Shown here: positions 38,226 to 47,062 of the stretch, piece by piece
Position numbering within the stretch: the first letter of the stretch is position 1
How the letters are laid out: the number at the start of each line of letters is the position of its first letter
Source of the DNA: Bacteroidia bacterium
GTDB lineage: Bacteria; Bacteroidota; Bacteroidia; SpSt-205
DNA length: 64,000 bases
Direction: 5' to 3'
NCBI GenBank assembly: GCA_026003215.1
Contig: BPGV01000001.1
Coordinates: 2,202,466-2,266,465 of the forward strand
Notes under the pieces: model-generated
Database searches by the model: none
What the model was told of the DNA's origin: nothing
What the model saw: the letters and a program-made list of their open reading frames with translations, nothing else
Position numbers and translations under genes: made by a program

Positions 38226-38867
38226 TTACTGAGTTCCCTCGCCGCGAGCTAACATTTCTTTGGCTTCTTTCATGGTGATGCGTACGCCGTCTTTGAAGGG
38301 CACTATCCACGCATCCCGGATACCCAGGCGCTTGATATCTTTTTGGAAGGCTTCCGCCAGCTCTAAGCTGCGGAATCGGCCTACCGTATAGCGGTTGATA
38401 TCGCCTAAGGCTTCCGCCTCAAAGAAGGGGTTATCCTGCGCGTACTTGCGCATGTCAAAAAGGCGAAAAGCCCCTATCTGCACTTTGAACACCAGCCCGG
38501 GCATCACATCCAAGCGAGCTTGCTTTTTTTCCGCTTCATAGGCGGCTTTGAGCCGTAGCACTTCACTTTGCAATGAGTCAAACGAATACTGCCGAGCCCG
38601 CAGTTGGTCCTCTAACTGGGCCACCTGCTCGGCCAGCTCCCGATTGCGTCGCTGGAGTTCTTCTATTTGCCTGTCTCTATCTTGTACTTGTTTTTGGAAG
38701 CTTTCTTCCCGAGCCTTGAGAGCTAAGGGGTTTTTTACATAACTTTTAGCTTTTTTCTTCCACTCCTTTTTGAGCTGCTTCTGAGGGTCGCCTCCTTTCT
38801 TTTTTTGCTGGGCTGGAAGGAGATTTATCCCCAGAAAAAGGCTTAGGACAAGTAATGGCCAGCGCAT
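38226..38867 (-). CDS. Secreted coiled-coil protein with a C-terminal SPOR-like peptidoglycan-binding domain
   Basis: Signal peptide, a long charged coiled coil, and a C-terminal FKVQIGAFRL...RYTVGRFRS...DAWIV pattern typical of SPOR repeats. Confidence 0.45.
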   Translation of the reverse strand: MRWPLLVLSLFLGINLLPAQQKKKGGDPQKQLKKEWKKKAKSYVKNPLALKAREESFQKQVQDRDRQIEELQRRNRELAEQVAQLEDQLRARQYSFDSLQSEVLRLKAAYEAEKKQARLDVMPGLVFKVQIGAFRLFDMRKYAQDNPFFEAEALGDINRYTVGRFRSLELAEAFQKDIKRLGIRDAWIVPFKDGVRITMKEAKEMLARGEGTQ

Positions 38868-38885
38868 GCTACAAAGTAAGTAGAT

Positions 38886-41030
38886 TTGTCTGGTATGGCT
38901 CGGCTGCTTTTACTGGGATTGGGGATAATCTGGGCACAAGTGGGCTTGCGGCGGATTGCTCCGCCGGTCGTAATGGCCCAGGAAACCCTACTTAATCCTT
39001 GGACAGGCGGGTGGAATGCACCGCAGTTTTCTACTATAGATGGCGATGGGGATGGGATAGCAGAGCTCTTTGTGTTTGACCGAGCCGATAACCGAGCTTT
39101 TCTTTTCCAAGCTACGCCTCAGGGCTGGCGATGGATGCCTCAGGGAGATACCCTTTTCCCCACCGAAAAGCTTTCCGCTTGGGTGCTTCTGCGGGATTAT
39201 GACGGGGATGGAGATAAAGACCTCTTTACAGCGGTAGGGTCAAATATCCGAGTGTTCCAAAATATAGCTTCAGCCGGGGCTCCCCCCCGGTGGCGTCTGG
39301 CTTATGATACCCTTAGCTCGGTGTATTATGGGAGTTCTACTTATCTCTACTGCGGCTCCATAGACATACCCACCCTCACCGACATAGATAACGACGGCGA
39401 TACAGACCTCTTAGTTTATGAGGTACTGGGGAGCCTGATAGAATGGCACCGTAACCAAGCGCAAGAGCTTTTCGGTCGGGCAGATACCCTTATCTTCGTG
39501 CTTCAGTCGGGCTGCTGGGGCCATGTGTTTGAAAACTACGACTACAACACCAATCAGTTTTCGTTTGTTTCGTATACCTGCGGTGCGGGACAAAGAACCT
39601 CAGGCGAGGGCCGTACCTATCATAGTGGAGGCACCATTTTAGCCATAGACCTTAATAAAGATGGTCTAAAAGACCTGATTGTAGGGGATGATGGACCGCC
39701 TTATTTGATTACCGGCTTCAATAGCGGCTCGCTCCAAGTCGCGCATATAGACCCGGCTACGGCTATCTCGCCGTATCCGCCTTTGGCGCCGGCGTATATG
39801 CCGAGTTTTCCTGCCACCTATTATGAAGATGGAACAGGGGATGGTTTGCCCGATCTAATAGTCGCCAATAACAGCCCGTTGGCGGGACGCGACACTTGGA
39901 GCGTGTGGCTGTATCCCAATACGGCGCGAGCTGACTCCCCCCACTGGGCTATGCCCATAGGGGGATGGCTCCACCGCAGCCAGATAGACATCGGTACAGC
40001 GGCTCATCCTACTTTGGCGGACCTCAATCGCGATGGGTATCCCGACCTGCTCCTAAGCTGCGAAGGCTTCTACACCGATACCGGCCAAAAGGCGCGAGCC
40101 TACCTTTTCTGGGGTTCTGCCACAGGCTTTACGCTGGCCGACTCTAACTGGCTGAGCCTGCCTACCTACACCTTGCGCAATCCTGTTTTTACGGTCGGAG
40201 ATATAGACGCGAATGGGCGTACAGACCTTTTGATGGGTACCAGTACGGGGGCTTTATGGCGCTGGGAAGAAAACAGCCCGGGCAGCGCCAGCTTTTCGCT
40301 CCTTACCCAGAACTTCGCTGGGATTAGCGGGCCAGCCTTTGCGGCGCCGCTCCTCTATGACTACGACCAAGACGGCGACCTGGACCTCGTCATAGGCGGA
40401 CGGCCCGGCCGCCTCTCCCTCTATCGGCAAGAAGCCGGCGGCACCTTCACCCACATAACCGACTCCTTGGGCCAAATCTTCATGAATGATACCCTCAGTA
40501 CTTTCTTAGGTTTTACCCGGCCAGCCCTAATAGACCTTAATAAGGACGGCACCTTAGAGCTACTGGTAGGGAACCTGACGGGTTTTTTGTGGGTGTACCT
40601 CCCGGACTGGAATACTCCCACAGCCCCTTGGCCTAAGGTGGCAGAGCTACCTTATGCCGGAGGCAAGCGGGCCAGCCCCACCGTATGGATGACACCTGAC
40701 TCGGTACTCTTACTGGTAGGTACCTTGCGCGGTGGAGTGCAAGCTTTTACCCTTGCGCCAGGAGGGCCGACGGCGAATGTCCTCCCCGCTGCCCAGCCTA
40801 AACCCTATGCCGTGTCTGTGCAGGGGCCAGGGCTGCACTTCGTAGCCAATGCGCCTTTGGAAGTGGAGGTATACACGCTTTTGGGAGAGCGGTTGCAGCG
40901 GTTTAGCGGCGTGGGGGAATTAAAGTGGGCTGTGCCAGGGCCAGGGGTATATGTCCTGCGGGTTTGGAGTGGGGTAGGGTTATGGGTGGAGAAGGTGTGG
41001 GTGGGGGGGGAGGGGGTGCCAGCGCCGTAG
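38886..41030 (+). CDS. FG-GAP/VCBS-repeat secreted protein with a T9SS C-terminal sorting domain
   Basis: Repeated DxDGDGxxDL calcium-binding FG-GAP motifs (DGDGDKDLF, DNDGDTDLLV, DANGRTDLL, DQDGDLDLV). The C-terminal ~80 aa are CTD-like (VEVYTLLGERL...VYVLRVWSG). Confidence 0.65.
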   Translation: MSGMARLLLLGLGIIWAQVGLRRIAPPVVMAQETLLNPWTGGWNAPQFSTIDGDGDGIAELFVFDRADNRAFLFQATPQGWRWMPQGDTLFPTEKLSAWVLLRDYDGDGDKDLFTAVGSNIRVFQNIASAGAPPRWRLAYDTLSSVYYGSSTYLYCGSIDIPTLTDIDNDGDTDLLVYEVLGSLIEWHRNQAQELFGRADTLIFVLQSGCWGHVFENYDYNTNQFSFVSYTCGAGQRTSGEGRTYHSGGTILAIDLNKDGLKDLIVGDDGPPYLITGFNSGSLQVAHIDPATAISPYPPLAPAYMPSFPATYYEDGTGDGLPDLIVANNSPLAGRDTWSVWLYPNTARADSPHWAMPIGGWLHRSQIDIGTAAHPTLADLNRDGYPDLLLSCEGFYTDTGQKARAYLFWGSATGFTLADSNWLSLPTYTLRNPVFTVGDIDANGRTDLLMGTSTGALWRWEENSPGSASFSLLTQNFAGISGPAFAAPLLYDYDQDGDLDLVIGGRPGRLSLYRQEAGGTFTHITDSLGQIFMNDTLSTFLGFTRPALIDLNKDGTLELLVGNLTGFLWVYLPDWNTPTAPWPKVAELPYAGGKRASPTVWMTPDSVLLLVGTLRGGVQAFTLAPGGPTANVLPAAQPKPYAVSVQGPGLHFVANAPLEVEVYTLLGERLQRFSGVGELKWAVPGPGVYVLRVWSGVGLWVEKVWVGGEGVPAP

Positions 41031-41118
41031 GCGCTGGCACCCCGTATGGGGCCGGGCGGGCCGCAGGCCCGGCCGGCCCAGCGGCGGCCGCTGCCGCAGG
41101 CAGCGGCCGCCGCTCCCT
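41015..41118. repeat. GC-rich triple-hairpin element, copy 1 (paralogous to 45786-45886)
   Basis: Three consecutive perfect palindromes: ggtgccagcgcc-gtag-gcgctggcacc, gggccgggcgggcc-gcag-gcccggccggccc and gcggcggccgctgcc-gca-ggcagcggccgccgc. It overlaps the stop codon of the FG-GAP gene. Confidence 0.65.
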
Positions 41119-41153
41119 TAGTTCTTTGTAAGAAACTTTTCTTTAACTTCGCT

Positions 41154-41513
41154 ATGATGCGCACTCTACCCTTTCTCTTCGTAGCTTGCTTTGTAAATGT
41201 CGGATGGGCCCAGCAATCGGCCGTTCCCCCGGCCGAGAAACTTGCCCATTATGAAGTCGTAGCTATCTGCCAGGACTGTAAGCCGGGGGCACCCGTAGAG
41301 CCGTACTTTGCGCAGGTACGGCAGCGTATGCTCCAGAAGGTGGGCATTTATGCGGTGCAGCTGGTGCGGGCAGAGGGGGACCAGCTAACCTTCCGCATCA
41401 GCGTAGCGCCAGACTTTCCTCAGGCCGACCTGTACGAAGTGTGCCGTTGGACCGGCTTAGCCGTACGAAGCCTCCTCCCTGCCCCACCCGAAAAACCTAC
41501 TAAAACCGAATAA
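41154..41513 (+). CDS. Small secreted protein (hypothetical, 119 aa)
   Basis: Signal peptide MMRTLPFLFVACFVNVGWAQ, with ATG at 41154. The longer track ORF starting at 41046 begins inside the hairpin repeat and is an artefact. Confidence 0.35.
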   Translation: MMRTLPFLFVACFVNVGWAQQSAVPPAEKLAHYEVVAICQDCKPGAPVEPYFAQVRQRMLQKVGIYAVQLVRAEGDQLTFRISVAPDFPQADLYEVCRWTGLAVRSLLPAPPEKPTKTE

Positions 41514-41516
41514 CCT

Positions 41517-44500
41517 ATGCGTCTCGTAGGCATATATGGGCTTGCTTCGCTTCTATGGGCACAGACTATCTTAGTGAACGGTACAGGTGCGGGTTCCTTT
41601 GAAGGGGGCACGGGTTGTACTGGTAACTCTTATACTGTGGATGGCTGGACCATCGTTAATGGCACGCAGACCAACCGCTGGGCTGTCAATACCGGCGCTG
41701 GGGCCCAGCATGGCAGCCGGGCTATCTATATCACGAATAACTGTGGCGCTACCCCCCCCTCCTAATTCGTATACTATAACTTCTTCCTCCGTTGTACATT
41801 TTTATCGGGATGTGGCGCTGCCAGCAGGAGAGCCTTACATGACTATTTCGTTTTATGTAAAGGTCGAGGGAGAAGGCACTACTACTCAGTATGATTATTT
41901 GGATGTTTTGGTGGCCCCGACGAGTGTAACGCCTGCGGCAGGTACTGAGGTGAGTAGCACCTATCGGCTGGCGCGGTATAACCTACTGGGGAGTAGTTGG
42001 GTGCAGCGGACAGTGCGCTTTTGTGGGACAGGAGGGCAGACCTACCGGGTGATATTTTCTTGGCGGAATGATGCATCGGCGGGCACGCAGCCGCCCGCTG
42101 CCGTAGATCAAGTGCATATCACCAGTTCGGCTACGCCGCCTCCTACGCCCTGGATTGTGAATGTTTCTGCCCTCCCCTACAGCCACGGCGCTGATAATAC
42201 CTGTGGGAAAGGGAATAACCTCACCAGCAGCAATGTGTCTCCTACTTGCGGGAGTACTTCCTATTATGGTGGGGAGGATATGGTATGGGTTTTCACGCCG
42301 AACAGCTCTGGTATGGTTACGATTACGCTGAATGCTTCTACTACCTATACGGGTCTTAAGTTGTATCAGGGGGGGACGCTCAATCCGTGTGGCGGGCTCA
42401 CGGGGGCCACCTGCGTAGGCGAGGCAAACTCGGGGTCGAGCACCGCCAGTAACCTTACCCTCACTGCCTGTGTTCAGCCCGGGCAGACCTACTACCTGCA
42501 AGTAGATTATTGGCCTTCTCCTACGTGCGGTGCGATTACGAATCTCACTATTTCGGCGCCAACGCCCCTGGAGCCTGTACAGGCTTGGGTACGGGCGTGA
42601 CGACCGTCACCGCGCTTCCCTACAATAGCGGAGCCGGCACTACGTGTGGCGCTGTGGATGACATCACCTCCAGTAACGCGTGGAGCTGTGGGAGTAGCAG
42701 CTACTTTACCGGGGAGGATAGGGTATGGGTCTTCACGCCTACCACCTCGGGCGCCGTAACGATTACCCTGACCCACAGTAATGCCAGCTCGCCCTGGTTT
42801 GGTCTGAAGGTGTATGAGGGCTGCCCGCGTACTTCCAGTTGCGGGGTATGTGTAGGCTCTTGTGAAAGTAGTAGTGGGCCTTATTCCTTTAATGTAAATG
42901 TCACAGCGGGGAAGACCTATTATGTGGTATTGGATCATTATGCCTCGCCTGCTTGCGCTTCGTATGACAATCTGTCCATCTCTGCCCCAGTGAGTGGGGG
43001 AGGCGGAGCCTGTGGGTCGCCGGTCCTCTCCAGCTTTCCGGTGATTACGACGGGCACGACTGCTGGGGCGCCGCCGTTGGGGGTCTCGCCGAGTTGTGCC
43101 GTAGGGGGTAGCTGTGGAGGGGGTGGCGCTGTCGGACGGTGGTATCAGTTTATCCCTACGGCTTCCAATATGACTATTCATGTAGCGCCGGGCACCCTTA
43201 CCGACCCCGCCGTGGTTGTATTCAGCGCGCCTTCGTGTGGTGGGCCTTTCACAGAGATAGCCTGTCAGCAGGATGGTAGCAACACGGGGAATGACTGTGA
43301 GAGTTTTCCCTACTATGCCCATTTAGACCTTACCGGGCTTACCGTGGGGCAGACCTACTACATAGCAGTTTTTGGGGCGTCAGGCAGTGGGGATTATACC
43401 TTGGCGATATGGGAGACGGCCGCGCAGCCTCCTTCGCAGTTTGGGCAGGACTGTAACGCGATATCGGGCAACCCCGCCACCGGTCCGCTCCCCGTATGTA
43501 GTTCTACCTTTTCGGTGGGTGCACCGGGTTTTTTGGGGTCTGGTTTTACCTGTGACCTGCCGTATCCTGCCTCAGGTTGTCCAGGAAGTTGCCTGACCAG
43601 TGGAGAACGGAATATTGTTTGGCTCCGCCTCCCGATTGCCAGTAGTGGTAACCTCTCCTTTGCCATCACCCCCGCTCAAAATGTAGACTACGACTGGACC
43701 TTGTACCGTATAGATAATGTGTCTAACCCCTGCCAAGCTATACGTAATGGCACATTGCAGCCTGTAAGGTGTAGTTATGATGCGCCTACCTCGTGCGATG
43801 GCACCTATGGTACAGGGGTAGCGTGTGGTACGCCGGGGTGTGCTTCCGGCACCTGTGAAGGATCAAGCGGGCAAGGGTGGCTGCAGTGCCTACCCGTAAA
43901 TGCCGGCGAGGTGTATCTTTTAGGGATTTCTAACTTTAGCACGAGTACCTTTCCCGGGTTTAGTGTAGATTTTGGGACATCGCCGATTGATTATGGAGCG
44001 GCGAGTGCAGGACCGGCGGTGTGGACGGGCGGCGGCGGCACCACCGCCTGGAATAACAACGCCAACTGGGGTGGGTGCGCCTTTCCAGATAACTGTGCCA
44101 AGGATGTGGTAATCTACGGCGGCGCCGCTAACCAGCCGGTGATTGCTGCTGCAGAGACCTGGACGGTACAAAATATCACCATTCCTGCTGGGGCTAAGCT
44201 CACCGTCAATGGCACCCTCAACGTCTGCGGTCACCTCACCGTAAATGGGGAGCTGGACGGCACCGGCTGGATTGTGTTTGTTGGGGGGGCTGCTTACCCG
44301 GTGCAGGAGATACGCGGCGTGCTCACAGGGCCTACCCAATACATCCCCAACCTGCGCATAAACCGTGCTGCCGCCGGGACGGTGCGCCTCATGACCAACG
44401 TCCAAGTGCGTGGCCATGTGCAAATAGACAATAGCGCCAATAACACCCTGAACCTCAACAGCTATACCTTATTCGTAGGGGGGAACTTCGTAAATGTGGG

Positions 44501-45782
44501 GGCAGCTGGGACCTTTACCCATGGCAATGGTAGGGTTGTCTTCAACGGCACTGGCCCACAGACCTATACCGACCCCGGCATAGACCCCTTCTATACCGTA
44601 GAGATGAACCAAAATCCCCCCTCCACCCTCACACTCAATAATCGCATGGACATCACGAATCAGCTTACGCTCACTTCGGGGGTGATTGTTACGGGCACAA
44701 ATGAGGTTCGGGTAACCAATACCGCCACTACGGCTGTGACCCCCGGCAACACCAATAGCTATGTGCGAGGATACCTTCGGCGGTATATTGGAGGTATGGG
44801 CGGGTATGACTTTCCGGTGGGTACTGCCTCGTACCAGCGGGCAAATGTGAACTTCACTGCGGCACCGGGGGTACATAACCTCTTAGCGTGGTTCAACGAT
44901 TGGGCTCCTTCTCCGCCGACCCCGCCTAATCCCACTGCGGAGTGCGGCGCTCAATACCACGCTTGTCCCATGCTGAATAACGGCTACTGGACTATCAATG
45001 CCTATAATAGCAGCTTTGCGCAGGTGACTTCCAGTGGTACTTACACGATGACGCTCTACAATACGGCCTATACGGCGTGTGCGGGAGCTGTACAATTCGG
45101 GGTATTGAAGAATACGGGCGCTGGGTGGTTCATTCAAAACCCGGGCTGTTATGCCAATGCCAGTGCAGCGACGGTTCAGCGGCCGGGCATGAGCGGCTTC
45201 TCTAACTTTGGTACGGGACAAAGCCTCACCCCTCTGCCGGTGTATCTCACCCGCTGGGAAGGGGAGGTTCGGCCGGATGAGTCGCACCTGCTGCGGTGGG
45301 ATGTGGTGGCGGAGGAGACGCGGGTTTCTCGCTTTGTGGTAGAGACAGGCGCTGCGCCGGAGGCACTCTCTCCATGGCGTACCTTCGGCCCCGAAGTACG
45401 GCAAGCTGTGCGGGAAAATCCGCCGTTTGGCAGCTCCTTCTATCGGCTGCGTATTTACACGGTGGAAGGGGCCGAGTTTGCGAGTTCGGTGATAGAGCTG
45501 CAGCGGGGAGTGGGGAGTATCAATCCCTTGCAAAGTCTGGAAGCCTTCCCGAATCCTACGACGGGAGAACTTACGGTGCGCTTTATGGTAGGTGAGCTGA
45601 CTCCGGTGCATTTGTCGCTGGTGAATGCGCTGGGGCAGCGCGTATGGGAAAAGGTAGTGGAGCCTGCGGCTAAGGGATGGGTGGAGGTGCCGGTGGATAT
45701 GCGGGCTTTGCCGGTGGGGCCGTATCTATTGCGGGTAGAGGGCGAAGGGGTAGTGCGGACGCGGGTGGTAGTGCGTGAGTGA
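41517..45782 (+). pseudogene. Giant T9SS-secreted adhesin-like protein split into three frames (41517-41765, 41587-42600, 42510-45782). Domains: Cys-rich domains, PPC-like, right-handed beta-helix, type-A CTD
   Basis: Signal peptide at 41517. The first frame change is exactly at a C8 tract (41752-41759), where C7 would give a continuous reading. A second frame change lies between 42556 and 42600, near a cccc run. Two tandem ~130-aa Cys-containing domains (ALPY..TCG..GED.VWVFTP..VTITL..GLK.Y.G..YY..NL.ISAP) bridge the breaks in the correct order. The CTD is ...HLSLVNALGQRVWEK...YLLRVEGEGVVRTRVVV. Confidence 0.6.
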
Positions 45783-45785
45783 GTA

Positions 45786-45886
45786 GGGGCGCCAGCGCCT
45801 GCGGCGCTGGCGCCCCGTATGGGGCCGGGCGGGCCTGCGGCCCGCCCGGCCCCGCGGCGGCCGCTGCCACAGGCAGCGGCCGCCGC
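45786..45886. repeat. GC-rich triple-hairpin element, copy 2 (about 90% identical to copy 1)
   Basis: ggggcgccagcgcc-tgc-ggcgctggcgcccc, ggggccgggcgggcc-tgc-ggcccgcccggcccc and gcggcggccgctgcc-aca-ggcagcggccgccgc. It lies immediately after the stop of the giant T9SS gene. Confidence 0.65.
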
Positions 45887-45891
45887 CCCCT

Positions 45892-46248
45892 TTATAACTG
45901 CACTTGCCCCGTGTAGTCTATCCCCTTATACGTTATCCGATACCGATAGCTGCCCGCTAACCCCTTTGCCCCAGGCAAACGCCGCTCCCGCTTCCCATTC
46001 AGACTGGGCCACTGGAAAAAATACACCACTGAATCCCCTTTCCCCAAAAGCCGCAGTTCTACCATCCCGTCAAAGGGGATTTCATAGCGTATGCTCAGCG
46101 CATCTTCACCTTCTTTTGTCAAAGCTTCCAGTTTGAAGGTGTTTTGTTTTTTGAGCGGCTGGGGGGGTTGGGCGTAGGTTATCCCGCCCCACACGCACAG
46201 AGCTATTATTTGAGCTTGGATAAAAGCAGGTAATCGCAATCGGTCCAT
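45892..46248 (-). CDS. Small secreted hypothetical protein (118 aa)
   Basis: Signal-like N-terminus (AFIQAQIIALCVWGGITYAQ). ORF only. Confidence 0.3.
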   Translation of the reverse strand: MDRLRLPAFIQAQIIALCVWGGITYAQPPQPLKKQNTFKLEALTKEGEDALSIRYEIPFDGMVELRLLGKGDSVVYFFQWPSLNGKRERRLPGAKGLAGSYRYRITYKGIDYTGQVQL

Positions 46249-46772
46249 ATTTGGCTGATTTTTTGAGTCAAGGCGACCATGCGGTCTAAGTAGCTTCGGT
46301 ATGCGGCCAACGTCTCCCGCACCGAAGGGGTGAGCTTATGTACGACTTTCAGCTCGCCAAAGCGGGTGTAGACGGCCATAAGCGCGTATTGGTGCGGAAG
46401 CCATTCATAATGCAGGTCTTTGAGCTGCTGGAGGGTGGCTTCGCTGCCGGCTCGGATGCGACCTGTGACCACCCGAAAAGAATCCACATAAAAAGGCAGC
46501 CGCTTCGGATACCGCGCTATCTCCATCATCTGGTTGAGGGTGTCACGGTAGGCTGTGAGGAGAGCTTCTATGGTATCCAGCGTCGGACGGTGGTACGCTA
46601 TTAGCCGGAGGATGGTGTGTTGATGGCTTTCAAAGGGGGTTATGGCGCTGTCTATCGGGGGTAAAGAGTCTTGGGGGGGAGAAGCGGCTGGGCCGGCCTT
46701 TTTGGGGGGAGACTGGCCCCACAGGCTAAGCCAAGCCAGGGCCCCCCAAAGATACAGGCGGAAGCCAATCAT
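46206..46772 (-). CDS. Hypothetical secreted protein (188 aa)
   Basis: Signal peptide (MIGFRLYLWGALAWLSLWGQ). Overlaps its neighbours by short stretches, suggesting an operon. Confidence 0.3.
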   Translation of the reverse strand: MIGFRLYLWGALAWLSLWGQSPPKKAGPAASPPQDSLPPIDSAITPFESHQHTILRLIAYHRPTLDTIEALLTAYRDTLNQMMEIARYPKRLPFYVDSFRVVTGRIRAGSEATLQQLKDLHYEWLPHQYALMAVYTRFGELKVVHKLTPSVRETLAAYRSYLDRMVALTQKISQIWTDCDYLLLSKLK

Positions 46773-47040
46773 CTTGGGCCGAGATTTCCCCGAAACGGCT
46801 CTCGTACTTGGCTAAGTTGTCCTGCATGGCCAGCAAAAGCCGCTTGTAGTGGTACGGAGAGAGGATGATGCGGGAACGCACCTTAGCCTTGGGCAGACCC
46901 GGCAAAACTTGGAGAAAGTCAATCACAAACTCCGCGGGCGTATGCGAAATTATCGCTAAGTTTGAGTAGGTGCCGCTGGCTACATCATCGGTGAGTTCCA
47001 CATTTAGGACGTTGCCTTCTTGGGGCGCTTCAGAATTCAT
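46726..47040 (-). CDS. DUF3467-like small protein
   Basis: The internal start MNSEAPQEGNVLNVELTDDVASGTYSNLAIISHTPAEFVIDF matches the DUF3467 family signature. ATG at 47038-47040 on the complement strand, preceded by ggaggt. The longer track ORF is an upstream extension. Confidence 0.5.
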   Translation of the reverse strand: MNSEAPQEGNVLNVELTDDVASGTYSNLAIISHTPAEFVIDFLQVLPGLPKAKVRSRIILSPYHYKRLLLAMQDNLAKYESRFGEISAQDDWLPPVSLGGPGLA

Positions 47041-47062
47041 ACCTCCACAAAGGTAGGTTTTT

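Noticed and set aside
41046-41153. N-terminal extension MGPGGPQARPAQRRPLPQAAAAAP… of the small secreted gene, and the sibling ORF 45819-46136
   Set aside because: Both reading frames begin inside the GC-rich triple-hairpin repeat. The real start of the first is the signal-peptide Met at 41154, and the second has no coding features.
44883-45611. 242-aa minus-strand ORF
   Set aside because: It is antisense to the 3' part of the giant adhesin gene and its product is Arg-rich mirror-frame sequence.
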